Shown here: positions 42,621 through 52,738 of the stretch, piece by piece
Position numbering within the stretch: the stretch's first letter is position 1
Layout of the letters: each line of letters begins with the position of its first letter
DNA from: a bacterium
GTDB lineage: Bacteria; Electryoneota; Electryoneia; Electryoneales; Electryoneaceae
Direction of reading: 5' to 3'
DNA: 64,000 nt
Assembly: GCA_963669175.1 (NCBI GenBank)
Contig: OY769902.1
Span: 2,272,001 to 2,336,000 of the forward strand
Made by a program: the position numbers and the translations under genes
The notes under the pieces: generated by a model
Databases searched by the model: none
Told to the model about the DNA's origin: nothing
Seen by the model: only the letters and a program-made list of their open reading frames with translations

Positions 42621-44099
42621 ATGCGCAAAAAACTGCTTACATTCATTGCTAGCCTTATATTGTTATTCATTATCCTTCCCCTAAGGCTTTACTCCCAAAT
42701 TCACATATCTGGCGAAATCAGTGGTGTTTTAACGGATACTATTTATGTGGTTGATAGTACTATTAGCATTTCTTGGCATGATACACTTATGATAAGCCCA
42801 GGTTGTAGCTTGTATTTTACTTCAGAAGCTTATTTTTTAATTAACGAAGCGGTTCTTATTGCTCATGGCACAAGTTTAGATAGTATCCTATTTACAGCAG
42901 TAGATATTACTCTAGGTTGGCCAGGAATAATATTTACAAATACCACATATGATCTATTTCAGTCTCAATTTTCATTTTGTATTTTTTTATATTCCAATAA
43001 CACTAGCATATCTTCATTATACTCATTAGCACCAGAAATAAGTCACTCTCGTTTTTCTTTTAACAACAACATCAGGTATAATAGTAGTTCATGTATATGT
43101 TATAATAACTCAAGAAATATATTCCTATATAATAATGTTTTTAAAAGCAATATCGCAATACCTATTAAGATGATTAGTGTTGTAGATGACACTTCAATAA
43201 TAAAGTACTGTCATTTTCATAATAATAACAGTGTATTATATGCCATTGATTCCAATTTATTGATTGATAGTTGTATTATTTCTGGTAACTATTGCGATAG
43301 CACTGGTTCTATCATTTCTTTACAATATTGTTATTATACAATAATGAATAGCATTCTAAATAATAATGTTTCTGGTAACACTTATGGTTGTATTAATACT
43401 AATTTTAGTAGTAATGGCAATATAGTAAATTCCACATTTTATAATAATCAAGCAAGTAATCGTGTTGGTGGTGTATTTGCTTATAGCGTAAATATAATAA
43501 ATAGTATATTTTTCAATAATTCACATATGCAATTTTATACATCTGCTTATAACAGTAATGTGTTTTATTCATGTTTCTATGCAAATGATATATCAAATTT
43601 AAATGACGGAATATTTGGATATCAAGATTATGTTAACAGTAATGGTGATTCGTGCGATTATTATAATAATATATTTACTAATCCGTTACTTTCTTTAGAT
43701 AATAATAATTTTTTAACACCATTGCAAGAATCTCCTTGTATTGATGCCGGTGATCCAAGTTATCCAACAGATCCAGACGGTAGTGTAGTTGATATTGGTG
43801 CAATATCGTACTCATATAATAATATAAGTAAATATGACAATGAGAATATTATAAACAATATTGCATTATCATTGTATCCTAATCCTACCAATAACAATAT
43901 AAGTATATCAACAAATGTTGTAAATACGATAGGTGAATGTCGACTCTATAATATTAATGGGCAATTGATAGAAATATACAATGGTGGCTATAGTAATATG
44001 ATGTCAATAGATGTTAGTAAATTATCTTCAGGATATTATATATTGTCATATAAGGTTAATGGTGTATTATATAATAGTAAATTAGTAATAACAAAATGA
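42621..44099 (+). CDS. Secreted parallel beta-helix protein with T9SS-like CTD (AT-rich paralog of 49486-50985)
   Basis: Signal peptide, SQIHISGEISG, Asn-rich repeats, SPCIDAGDP..DPDG..DIG, YPNPT..KLVITK. Confidence 0.85.
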   Translation: MRKKLLTFIASLILLFIILPLRLYSQIHISGEISGVLTDTIYVVDSTISISWHDTLMISPGCSLYFTSEAYFLINEAVLIAHGTSLDSILFTAVDITLGWPGIIFTNTTYDLFQSQFSFCIFLYSNNTSISSLYSLAPEISHSRFSFNNNIRYNSSSCICYNNSRNIFLYNNVFKSNIAIPIKMISVVDDTSIIKYCHFHNNNSVLYAIDSNLLIDSCIISGNYCDSTGSIISLQYCYYTIMNSILNNNVSGNTYGCINTNFSSNGNIVNSTFYNNQASNRVGGVFAYSVNIINSIFFNNSHMQFYTSAYNSNVFYSCFYANDISNLNDGIFGYQDYVNSNGDSCDYYNNIFTNPLLSLDNNNFLTPLQESPCIDAGDPSYPTDPDGSVVDIGAISYSYNNISKYDNENIINNIALSLYPNPTNNNISISTNVVNTIGECRLYNINGQLIEIYNGGYSNMMSIDVSKLSSGYYILSYKVNGVLYNSKLVITK

Positions 44100-44480
44100 T
44101 ATATTTTAGAGTAATGGGGGTGTTGACTGTGTGAGTAAATGGTAAGGTACTGCAACAAATAGTGTGTTAAGATAGAAAACATGGGTATACATGATAAAAG
44201 AAAGGGTTACAACGATGATTAATACAATGAGGAAATACTCTGTTGTTTTAATTTCTGCGTATTTGGTGTTGTTAATTAGTGATATCAACGCGCAAAACAT
44301 AACAACGGATACCGTATGGGATGATGATGTGTTTTTGGATAATGATATAATTGTGTCCAATAACGCAACACTTACTATAAACGCAGGTGTTAGAGTAGAA
44401 AAAAATGATGCATATGATTGAAGAGGCCCCCGTAGTTTGGACATGTATTTATCAGTTTTAAGTGATGGTTCCTGTTTGGG

Positions 44481-45308
44481 TCATGCTGCTTCTGTTCGTT
44501 GTGTTTGCCAGTATACTTGATCTGGTGTTTGACTGTTCAGCGCCTGGTGAGGTCGCTTTTCGTTGTAGAATGTAAAATACTCTCCAATACCCTTTTCTGC
44601 CTCACGCAAGGTCTCGTAACATTTCAGATACACATCCTCATGTTTCAGGGATCGCCACAGACGCTCGATGAACCGATTGTCTACCCAGCGGCCTTTGCCG
44701 TCCATGCTGATCTTAATCCCTTCATCCTGCAACCGTGACGTAAACGCCACGCTGGTAAACTGTGCGCCCTGATCAGTATTGAAAATTTCCGGTGCGCCAT
44801 ATTTCGCCAACGCTTCGTTCAACGCGTCCACGCAAAACAGGTGATCCATCGTGTTGCTCAGCCGCCAGGACAGCACTTTACGGCTGTGCCAATCCATGAT
44901 CGCCACCAAATATCCGAAGCCTCGTGCAAGCGGAATGTACGTGATATCAGTACACCAAACCTGATTGGGACGGTCAATCGTCAACCCACGCAACAGGTAG
45001 GGAAAGATCGTATGTCCCGGTGCGGGGTGACTGGTGCGTTTCTTCTTCGGATACACCGTATAGATCCCCAGGATACGCATCAGACGACGCACCTTCTTCC
45101 GACAGATCTTGTAACCTTCGCCACGCAACAGGTCACGCAACATCCGTGACCCCGCGAAAGGATAAACCAAGTGCAACTCATCCAACCGGCGCAACAGCGT
45201 CAAATCTCGCTCCTTCAACGGTTTCGGCCTGTAATACGCCGTTGATCGAGGAACAGACAGCAAGGCACACTGCTTCGTGACCGGGAGTGTCTCGGTGGGC
45301 GTGATCAT
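44481..45308 (-). CDS. IS3 transposase OrfB (DDE integrase core)
   Basis: [38 protein letters not shown]. Confidence 0.96.
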   Translation of the reverse strand: MITPTETLPVTKQCALLSVPRSTAYYRPKPLKERDLTLLRRLDELHLVYPFAGSRMLRDLLRGEGYKICRKKVRRLMRILGIYTVYPKKKRTSHPAPGHTIFPYLLRGLTIDRPNQVWCTDITYIPLARGFGYLVAIMDWHSRKVLSWRLSNTMDHLFCVDALNEALAKYGAPEIFNTDQGAQFTSVAFTSRLQDEGIKISMDGKGRWVDNRFIERLWRSLKHEDVYLKCYETLREAEKGIGEYFTFYNEKRPHQALNSQTPDQVYWQTQRTEAA

Positions 45309-45613
45309 CGTTTTACGCTCGGCCTTGCCCCAGGTCCGAGCACACGTGATAAAAAATCACGTTCCATCGTCAACTGACCGATCTTGGCATGCAGCTCCTT
45401 GATCTCTGCGGCGGTATCATCCTGATGCACACCACGCTTGCCAGCGAAAAGACCTTCCGCCTGCTCAAGCAACTGCTTCTTCCATTGTACGATCTGGTTG
45501 GGGTGAACATCGAACTGCGAGGCCAGTTCCGAAATCGTCTTGTCACCCTTGACGGCGGCAAGCGCTACCGATGCCTTGAACTGCGCGGTTAACTTTCTGC
45601 GGGATCGCTTCAT
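45305..45613 (-). CDS. IS3 transposase OrfA (HTH)
   Basis: RRK..FK..VAL, ELASQFDVHPNQI..WKKQ; T TTT TTA slippery site with an open -1 frame into orfB; ATGA overlap. Confidence 0.93.
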   Translation of the reverse strand: MKRSRRKLTAQFKASVALAAVKGDKTISELASQFDVHPNQIVQWKKQLLEQAEGLFAGKRGVHQDDTAAEIKELHAKIGQLTMERDFLSRVLGPGARPSVKR

Positions 45614-47486
45614 CTTCCGCTCCTTCCGAAGAACCTACGGTCCTTCAATGTAGGGCGGAACCATCAACTAAACTACTGTCCAGTTTTTGGGCCCCTCTTC
45701 AATGAAGCCAGATAATATTATAATAGTAAAGAATAGAACAGAAGGGGAAAAAGGAATAACGATAACTATTGATACAGATATAGATAGTGTTAATATAGAA
45801 AATATAGTAATACAAAAGGCAAATATGGGTGTTAATATAAAAAGAGGAAATGTTATAATAAGGAATACGATTATAGAAGGAGCGAATATAGCTGTAAATA
45901 TGTCTTCAGGGATAAGTAATAAGGTAATAATAGAGGAAACTACTATAATAGATTCAGATACAAATTCTTGTGGTCTGCATTTCTATAAACCAAAACTTGG
46001 AAGTAAAATAGAAAATACTAAGTTTATAGGATTATACCAAGCGTTATATGCTGCTAATGGCGAGTTGGATATCGAAAATTGTTATTTTGGTAATGTAGAT
46101 TCTGTGGAAACTCTATGTGAAACTACTGCAATTGAATTTGTCAGTATGTCAGGGAGCATGAAGAGAAATACAATCTACGGATATTCAACAGGTGTTCTTC
46201 TTTACGATTCGGATCCTGTAATCGCAAGGAACAAGATTGAGGAATGCGGCAATGAAGGTCTGTGGCTGATTAACGATAGCTATCCGGACTTGACTGATGC
46301 TGGTAATGGTGCGTATAACTGGTTGGAGTGCAATGGCGCTAACCACGACACTTCGACACAGGTGCGCATCGCAGGCAAAGTATATCCAAACATGAAAAAT
46401 GGTCAAAACAATATTTGGCCGGCATCTGTAGGTTATGCCTTTACAACAACAGGTATTCCTCCATCCACGGTGTCATTAAAAAATAACTATTGGGGTTCAA
46501 GTTCACCGATACCAACAAATTTGTTCAACAACTGGTCAACCGTTTTAGAGATTGATCCTTTCCTCATTGCGCCAGTCGCGTCGCCTGATGGGTACAGAAC
46601 ACTCTCTGTTTACGATGATATGCTGAACCAGGCGCTGGCGGCAATAGCTATTGATGATTACTCAACTGCGATAGAGAATTTGGAGGATATTGTCCTTGAA
46701 GACACGCTTGACAACAACAGAATCGGCGCAGTTTCATTACTGACGGATTGCTGGGTCAAGGCCGAAAACGATATTCCTATGTTTATAACATTCCTGCAGG
46801 GGCTGGCAGATTCTACAAGGAATGAGCGCATTGCTCATGAAGTGCTGCATTGTAAAGCCCAGCTTAACGCTGAACTTGGAAATTATGAGGACGCAATAGA
46901 TTTTTACGAAGGTGTAATCCTTGATCCTACTTCCAGCTTCGAAGATAGTATTTGTGCAATCATTGATGCCGGACGAATCTACCTGATACAAAACGGCCAT
47001 TTTGAGCAGCTTTCGGTGCCAGGTGGTAGCTTGGCTGAGGTTACACCAACGAAGTCGAGTGATCGTCAAACAGAGGCTACGGGTGGTTATGCCAGGGATA
47101 TTCAACCCCACTCCTATGGTGAATACCTGCAACGGTCACATGAATTGATTTCACAGCTTCGTCACCAGACAAGCTCTGATGTGGAAGAAGTTGCCTTGCC
47201 AAAACAGTTCGCATTGCATCAGAACTACCCGAATCCGTTCAACCCGGCAACATCGCTTCGGTTTGATCTACCTCAAAATGCACATGTTAAAATGCAGGTG
47301 TACAACCTGCTAGGACAGCGCGTTTTGACATTGCTGGACAAGCCGATGAACGCGGGATATCACCAGGTCATGCTTGACATGAGCCCCTTTGCTTCCGGCG
47401 TCTATTTCTACGCTATCCAGGCAGGTGAGTACTCTCAGGTCAAGAAGATGGTGTTGCTCAAATAGAGGAACAGTACTGAAGTCTTT

Positions 47487-47539
47487 TGCCCGTTTCATGA
47501 TGCGCACGGTTGATGCATCGTGAAACGGGCATTGTTTTT
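47487..47539 (+). terminator. Intrinsic terminator
   Basis: TGCCCGTTTCATGATGC..GCATCGTGAAACGGGCA followed by TTGTTTTT. Confidence 0.7.
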
Positions 47540-47835
47540 ATTGTTGAATGTTTTTGCCGAGCAGTTCCGTGAACCATGCTTCTCCAACGAATTGCAGGCG
47601 AGTCATACAATCTCAACAAATGAATTCCTGATCAGGAACTCGAAAATTCACAGTGTTCAAATATTTTCAAGACCTGAATTCTTGAAACCCTTATCACAGA
47701 CTGCTTTCTTCCGTTTTCCCTCCAGGAGAAATCTTCACTTATCTATGTCTGTTTTCCGTAATTTATAGAAGTAGCATTGTTGTTTTATCCATTTACTATT
47801 ACGGGAGTTATTCCCGGGACATAAGGGTGAAGGAC

Positions 47836-49182
47836 ATGAAGACATTTGACGTTTTGGTTATCGGTGGCGGTCCGGCGGGGATTCAGTCGGCCATTTCCGC
47901 ACGTAACACCGATCCATCCTTGAGCATCGGCTTGATCCGGCGTGAAGATATCATGATGATTCCGTGTGGGATTCCGTACATCGTGAGCCGTTTGAACGCG
48001 GTGGAGGAGAACATTCTGCCTGATGTTCCGCTGGAAAAGAACAACGTGGAACTGATCATCGGCAACGTGGTACAGGCGGGCGATCATACCGTAACCCTCG
48101 AGGACGGTAGCGAGTATGGCTACAAGAAGGCGATCCTTGCGACAGGGTCTTCCCCGGTCGAGCCGAAGATTCCCGGCGCAGACAAGCAGGGTGTCTATTT
48201 CATCCGCAAGGATCACAACTACCTGCGGACCTTCCGTGAGGCGATCCTGGCCGCGAATAAGCCGTTGATCGTGGGCGGTGGTTACATCGGGGTTGAGGTC
48301 GCGGATGAATGCCTGAGGTCCGGCAAGGACGTTACCCTGGTGGAAATGCTGCCGCATCTGCTCGGCACCACCACGGACCCGGAGTTCGGCGACGCGGTAA
48401 AGAGCGAACTGGAAAGCTGCGGCGGAAAGATTCTGACCGGCGTTGGCGTGAAGGAGTTCACCGGTGAGGATATGGTTACCGGAGCGATCCTGACGGACGG
48501 TTCAACCATTGACACCGACCTGGTAGTGCTCTCGGTAGGGTATAAACCCAACCTGAAGATTGCCGAGATGTTCGGAGTGGATATTGATCCCTTTGCCGGA
48601 ATCATTGTCGATGAGAACATGCACACCTCGCAGCCGGACATTTCCGCTGCCGGGGATTGCGCGGCGAACTCCAATTTTTACAACGGCAAACGTGACCGTG
48701 TCATGCTGGCGTCCTCCGCGATGGCGCAGGGACGGATCGCCGGGTCCAACCTGCACAATATTTCCGTACTGAAGTCCTATCACGGCACCCTCGGTTCCTT
48801 CTCGACCAAGGTGAATAACCTCGCCATCGGTGCGACCGGACTAACCGAACAGGCCGCCAAAGAGCTGGGTATTCAGTATATCGTAGGGACTGCGGACACA
48901 ATGGATCGTCACCCCGGGAAACTGGCGGGAACGTCCAAGATGCACATCAAGCTGCTTTTCGCAAAGAATTCCCATACCCTGATCGGCGCCCAGATGTCCG
49001 GCGGCGATTCCATTGGCGAACTGGTGAACATGCTCGCAGTCATGATTATCAAGAAAATGACCGACATGGAAATCGATATGCTGCAGATCGGCACACACCC
49101 GCTACTGACTTCTTCGCCAATCGCCTACCCGGTTCTGCTGGCAACCGTGAACGCGATCATGAAATGGTACAAAAAAGAGTAG
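47836..49182 (+). CDS. FAD-dependent pyridine nucleotide-disulfide oxidoreductase (NADH oxidase/CoA-disulfide reductase-like)
   Basis: GGGPAG, single redox Cys PCGIPY, ATGS, GGGYIGVE, AAGDC, HP. Confidence 0.9.
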   Translation: MKTFDVLVIGGGPAGIQSAISARNTDPSLSIGLIRREDIMMIPCGIPYIVSRLNAVEENILPDVPLEKNNVELIIGNVVQAGDHTVTLEDGSEYGYKKAILATGSSPVEPKIPGADKQGVYFIRKDHNYLRTFREAILAANKPLIVGGGYIGVEVADECLRSGKDVTLVEMLPHLLGTTTDPEFGDAVKSELESCGGKILTGVGVKEFTGEDMVTGAILTDGSTIDTDLVVLSVGYKPNLKIAEMFGVDIDPFAGIIVDENMHTSQPDISAAGDCAANSNFYNGKRDRVMLASSAMAQGRIAGSNLHNISVLKSYHGTLGSFSTKVNNLAIGATGLTEQAAKELGIQYIVGTADTMDRHPGKLAGTSKMHIKLLFAKNSHTLIGAQMSGGDSIGELVNMLAVMIIKKMTDMEIDMLQIGTHPLLTSSPIAYPVLLATVNAIMKWYKKE

Positions 49183-49211
49183 CTGCCCAAGAATAGCGGA
49201 ATGGTGATTGA

Positions 49212-49245
49212 AAGGCTGCCTGATTGTTGGGTGGCCTTCTTTTTT
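49212..49245 (+). terminator. Intrinsic terminator
   Basis: AAGGCTGCC..GGTGGCCTT followed by a T tract. Confidence 0.65.
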
Positions 49246-49485
49246 GAGTTGGAAAGTTTACAAGTTGGAAAGTACTAAAGTTATACGATTGATTTAGCAA
49301 GTATTTGCTTTACGATTACTGACGAATACCGTTGTTGTTGCGGATGACACTGCTGGGGACAAAATGCTAAATATCCGAAATTACAGAATATTTTTCCAAT
49401 AGCTCCAAAACGAGTTGCATTATGTGATTTTACCTTCATAGTTTATTATCAATTCATGTAACAATTTTTTTGTGCAGGACTCAAG

Positions 49486-50985
49486 ATGATACGTCAACGG
49501 TTCCCATTGATTCTAATTTGCCTGACCTTCCTTGTGCTATTCCCTTTTGTGACCCATTCCCAAATTCATATTTCCGGCGAGATTAGCGGTACGCTGGTTG
49601 ATACTACCTACATTGTTGATGATGATATCACGCTCGCAGGTGCACTTCATATAGAACCCGGTGCACGATTGCTATTCGAACAAGGTACACACTTCACTGC
49701 GAACCGCCTGTTAGTTGCAGATGGTGAACCCGGGGACTCCATCTATTTTGAGTTGAATGATGGGGCCAACGCATGGCATGGGATTGATATTACTTACAAT
49801 TCGTCCTATGGCCATTACTTGAACTACTGTGTAATCACCGGGAGTATCAGTAGTGGTATAGACGCGTCAGAGGGAGCGGCGCTTCATTTGTTCAACAGCA
49901 GAATATCAGGAAACACATCCGAAGAAGTTGGCGGCGGAGTACGATTCAGATGTTTGAGTGGCGCAATCGATAGCTGCCTGTTTGTTGATAATGAAAACTA
50001 TGCGCTGTCAGCCAATTATTTTCTTGACAGTACTATGTTCAGCCACCTGGAGATAGTTCGTAACGACGGTGGCATACATATAGATTTTGAAGGAGGAAAC
50101 GTACACTTTTCTAATTGTAAGATCTATGAGAATTACCGTGATGGGGACGGTGCCGGTGTTTGTACCTATACAAGAACGGCATTTTATAACAGCCTATTTT
50201 ACAATAATATTTGCAGCAATAGGGGGGGGGCAATATACTCCTTCTACGTTATTGAATTGTATAATTGCACTATTGTCAACAATCATGCCGATTACAGAGG
50301 CAGTGCCATTTTTGGTTATGCCAGCAATAACCCGACCATTGTGAATACAATTGTAGCACTTAACAGTGGGAATAATGCGATAGATTTTTTGAGTCGTGAA
50401 TTGGGTTTGAACTATGATATTCACAATTCTTGCTTTTACAGTCCGGATTCCAGTGTCATACACCCTCATCCATACGACAGCCTGTTTGCCGTAATTGACC
50501 GGACAAATGCCAATGGGGATTCCTGCGACATTTTTAACAATATCTACCTCGATCCTGGATTTGTCAATGATACGCTTGATTATCATCTTTCCATGTTCTC
50601 TCCTTGCATTGATGCCGGAAGTCCCGATTCTCCTCTTGATCCTGACAACACTATCTCCGATATCGGTGTTTACTATTATGACCAGACCTTTGTCAGCGAG
50701 CACAGGGATTATAGTTGTCCAACCAATTTCGAAGTCTCACCAGCCTATCCCAACCCGTTCAACGCGACAACTTCAGTCTTGGTAGAAACCCCATTCCGTA
50801 GTCCGCTGACGATTCGTGTCTTTGATATCCTTGGACGATTAGTGTATTCCAGGAATAACCATACGGTATCAGCAGGACAACACTTGTATCAGATCAGTGG
50901 CGCCGCGTGGGGAGCGGGAACTTATTTTGTTCAAATCGAGGCTGGTGCTGAGAAAGAAGTTCAAAAGATTATCCTGTTAAAATAA
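49486..50985 (+). CDS. Secreted parallel beta-helix protein with T9SS-like CTD
   Basis: Signal peptide, SQIHISGEISG, NANGDSCD, SPCIDAG, AYPNPFN..KIILLK. Confidence 0.87.
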   Translation: MIRQRFPLILICLTFLVLFPFVTHSQIHISGEISGTLVDTTYIVDDDITLAGALHIEPGARLLFEQGTHFTANRLLVADGEPGDSIYFELNDGANAWHGIDITYNSSYGHYLNYCVITGSISSGIDASEGAALHLFNSRISGNTSEEVGGGVRFRCLSGAIDSCLFVDNENYALSANYFLDSTMFSHLEIVRNDGGIHIDFEGGNVHFSNCKIYENYRDGDGAGVCTYTRTAFYNSLFYNNICSNRGGAIYSFYVIELYNCTIVNNHADYRGSAIFGYASNNPTIVNTIVALNSGNNAIDFLSRELGLNYDIHNSCFYSPDSSVIHPHPYDSLFAVIDRTNANGDSCDIFNNIYLDPGFVNDTLDYHLSMFSPCIDAGSPDSPLDPDNTISDIGVYYYDQTFVSEHRDYSCPTNFEVSPAYPNPFNATTSVLVETPFRSPLTIRVFDILGRLVYSRNNHTVSAGQHLYQISGAAWGAGTYFVQIEAGAEKEVQKIILLK

Positions 50986-51084
50986 GGAAATACTTCCGGT
51001 AGGTTTGGCGATTTGCTTCTTGTTTGCGACCTTTGTATTCGGGTTGGCAATCGGAAGCGATCGCGTAACATGCTGGAGGACAAG

Positions 51085-51918
51085 ATGTTACATACTTCAA
51101 CGAGCCTGTATGACCGGTGTATGGAGAAGACGCCGGAGCAGGTGTTTGTGAACTCGCTTCGTCGCGAGTTTGAGCTTTCACCGGCTGCGAGTACGGGGAT
51201 ATTGGAGCTTGCCAAGCGTTGTTTGTTCGGTACGATGCCGTCAACGCTTGGCAAGCTTCGTTTTTTATGTGCGTCCAAGAAAGCTCGTCACGGTCGTCCC
51301 TTACGCGAACAAGACCTGATTCGTGTCGAACTGACACTGGATGACGGTGTTGAGGACTTGGATGTTCTGCGCGAACTGGGCGCTTCATCGCTTCGTCAGC
51401 AACGGATTCTTCGGCTAACCGAAGAGACGTACCAGCAGGGTGGGTTGCTGACACAGGAGGATCTGAGTCGTCTGCTGCACGTTTCAGATCGGACCATCCG
51501 CAAGGATATTGCGTTGCTGCTTGCTGACGGGAATACGGTGCATACGCGTGGCTACGACCATGACATTGGGCGTGGGTTATCGCACAAGGCACGGATCGTT
51601 GATTTGTACCTGGGTGGCCGGACCTATGATGAGATCATCCGTCTGACACGTCACAGCGCGTTTGCGATCAAGCGCTATGTGAGTACGTTTGGACGCTTGT
51701 TGCTTCTGCTTAGCCATGACATTACCGAGCTGACCGACCTGAGCCGTCTGCTTCAACAGAGCGAACGGTTGACGGGTGAGTACCTGGATCTGTTTGCGAA
51801 ATACAAACAGGGTGATCACTGGCCGACAAGCTATGTCGAACTTCTGGAGCAGTTGCAAGCACAGTATCCCTCAAAAAAAAGAGCGGGACAAGGTGGCGGA
51901 GGCGTCCATGAAAACTGA
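51085..51918 (+). CDS. DUF1670-like protein (element ORF1)
   Basis: RL.EE.YQQGGLLTQEDL, TRG...DIG.G.SHK, HS..AI.RY; GGAGG RBS before ATG 51085. Family assignment from memory of the motif. Confidence 0.8.
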   Translation: MLHTSTSLYDRCMEKTPEQVFVNSLRREFELSPAASTGILELAKRCLFGTMPSTLGKLRFLCASKKARHGRPLREQDLIRVELTLDDGVEDLDVLRELGASSLRQQRILRLTEETYQQGGLLTQEDLSRLLHVSDRTIRKDIALLLADGNTVHTRGYDHDIGRGLSHKARIVDLYLGGRTYDEIIRLTRHSAFAIKRYVSTFGRLLLLLSHDITELTDLSRLLQQSERLTGEYLDLFAKYKQGDHWPTSYVELLEQLQAQYPSKKRAGQGGGGVHEN

Positions 51919-52738
51919 GGTACGGAACCGTTATGAATCCCTGCCGAAGCGGAACTTTCGCACTGCGATCATCCGGTTGTTGGAAGAGCAGTACAAGATT
52001 CTTGGCAGCCACAAGGTCTTGGCCATGGTGGCGGATGACATCATGCAACTGCACCGTGAGTTCTATCCGGATATCGAGCAACGCAGCGGTGGCAGTATTG
52101 TGTGGCGTACGACAGGTGCACAGTGCCACAAGCCCAGCTATGGGACACGGGTAGAAGACTATGAGGTGAAGACCGTCATTCTTCCGCTTGTCACTGAAGA
52201 AGATGTGGTTGATCGTATTCGTCGCCACTATGGAAAAGACGGTGCGGGCAAACAGCGCGACAGGGATATTGCAGTGCTGGCGCGGTTGGTGAAAAGCGCG
52301 TACGAACAAGGCGGGTTATTAAGCGGCGCGGAATTGAGTGTGTTGTTGAACCGGTCGCTGACGACCATTGGCAAGTACATCCAACAGTATCATGAAACGC
52401 ATGATGACATCCTGCCGACGAAAGGAATCATGTTGGACCAGGGAAGCCGTCCCACACACAAGGCCGCAATCATTGACCTGTACGAACAGGGCTATCCGGA
52501 ACCGGATATCGCTCGCTTGACCACGCATACCCTTGAAGCGGTGGGTCGTTACTTGCGATCTTACAAAAACATCAAGTTCCTGATGGTCAAAGAACTTAAT
52601 CTGATGGAAATTGTGCGTACTACCGGACTCGGACGTAGTACAGTGGTCCAATATCAGAAACTGGTGATGCAGTATCATCCTGACCTTAAACCTAAAGATA
52701 AACAAAAAGATACAACGAAAAAGGACAAGAAAAAGTAA
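51908..52738 (+). CDS. DUF1670-like protein (element ORF2)
   Basis: RL..SAYEQGGLLS..EL, PTKG...DQG...THK, HT..AV.RY; GGAGG RBS; overlaps ORF1 end. Confidence 0.8.
   Translation: MKTEVRNRYESLPKRNFRTAIIRLLEEQYKILGSHKVLAMVADDIMQLHREFYPDIEQRSGGSIVWRTTGAQCHKPSYGTRVEDYEVKTVILPLVTEEDVVDRIRRHYGKDGAGKQRDRDIAVLARLVKSAYEQGGLLSGAELSVLLNRSLTTIGKYIQQYHETHDDILPTKGIMLDQGSRPTHKAAIIDLYEQGYPEPDIARLTTHTLEAVGRYLRSYKNIKFLMVKELNLMEIVRTTGLGRSTVVQYQKLVMQYHPDLKPKDKQKDTTKKDKKK

Larger units (their letters stand above)
44419..45701 (-). mobile_element. IS3 family insertion sequence (1283 bp)
   Basis: TG..CA ends; imperfect IRs TGAAGAGGCCCCCGTAGTTTGGACA and TGAAGAGGGGCCCAAAAACTGGACA; orfA plus orfB. Confidence 0.95.
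44227..47465 (+). pseudogene. Secreted beta-helix/TPR-like protein with T9SS-like CTD, interrupted by IS3
   Basis: Signal peptide and first module end at the IS boundary (TGA supplied by the IS); continuation from ATG 45702 to NYPNPFNP..KKMVLLK. Confidence 0.8.

Noticed and set aside
42621-50985. Paralogous secreted genes as a diversity-generating retroelement TR/VR pair
   Set aside because: No reverse transcriptase, and no near-identical pair differing only at adenines.
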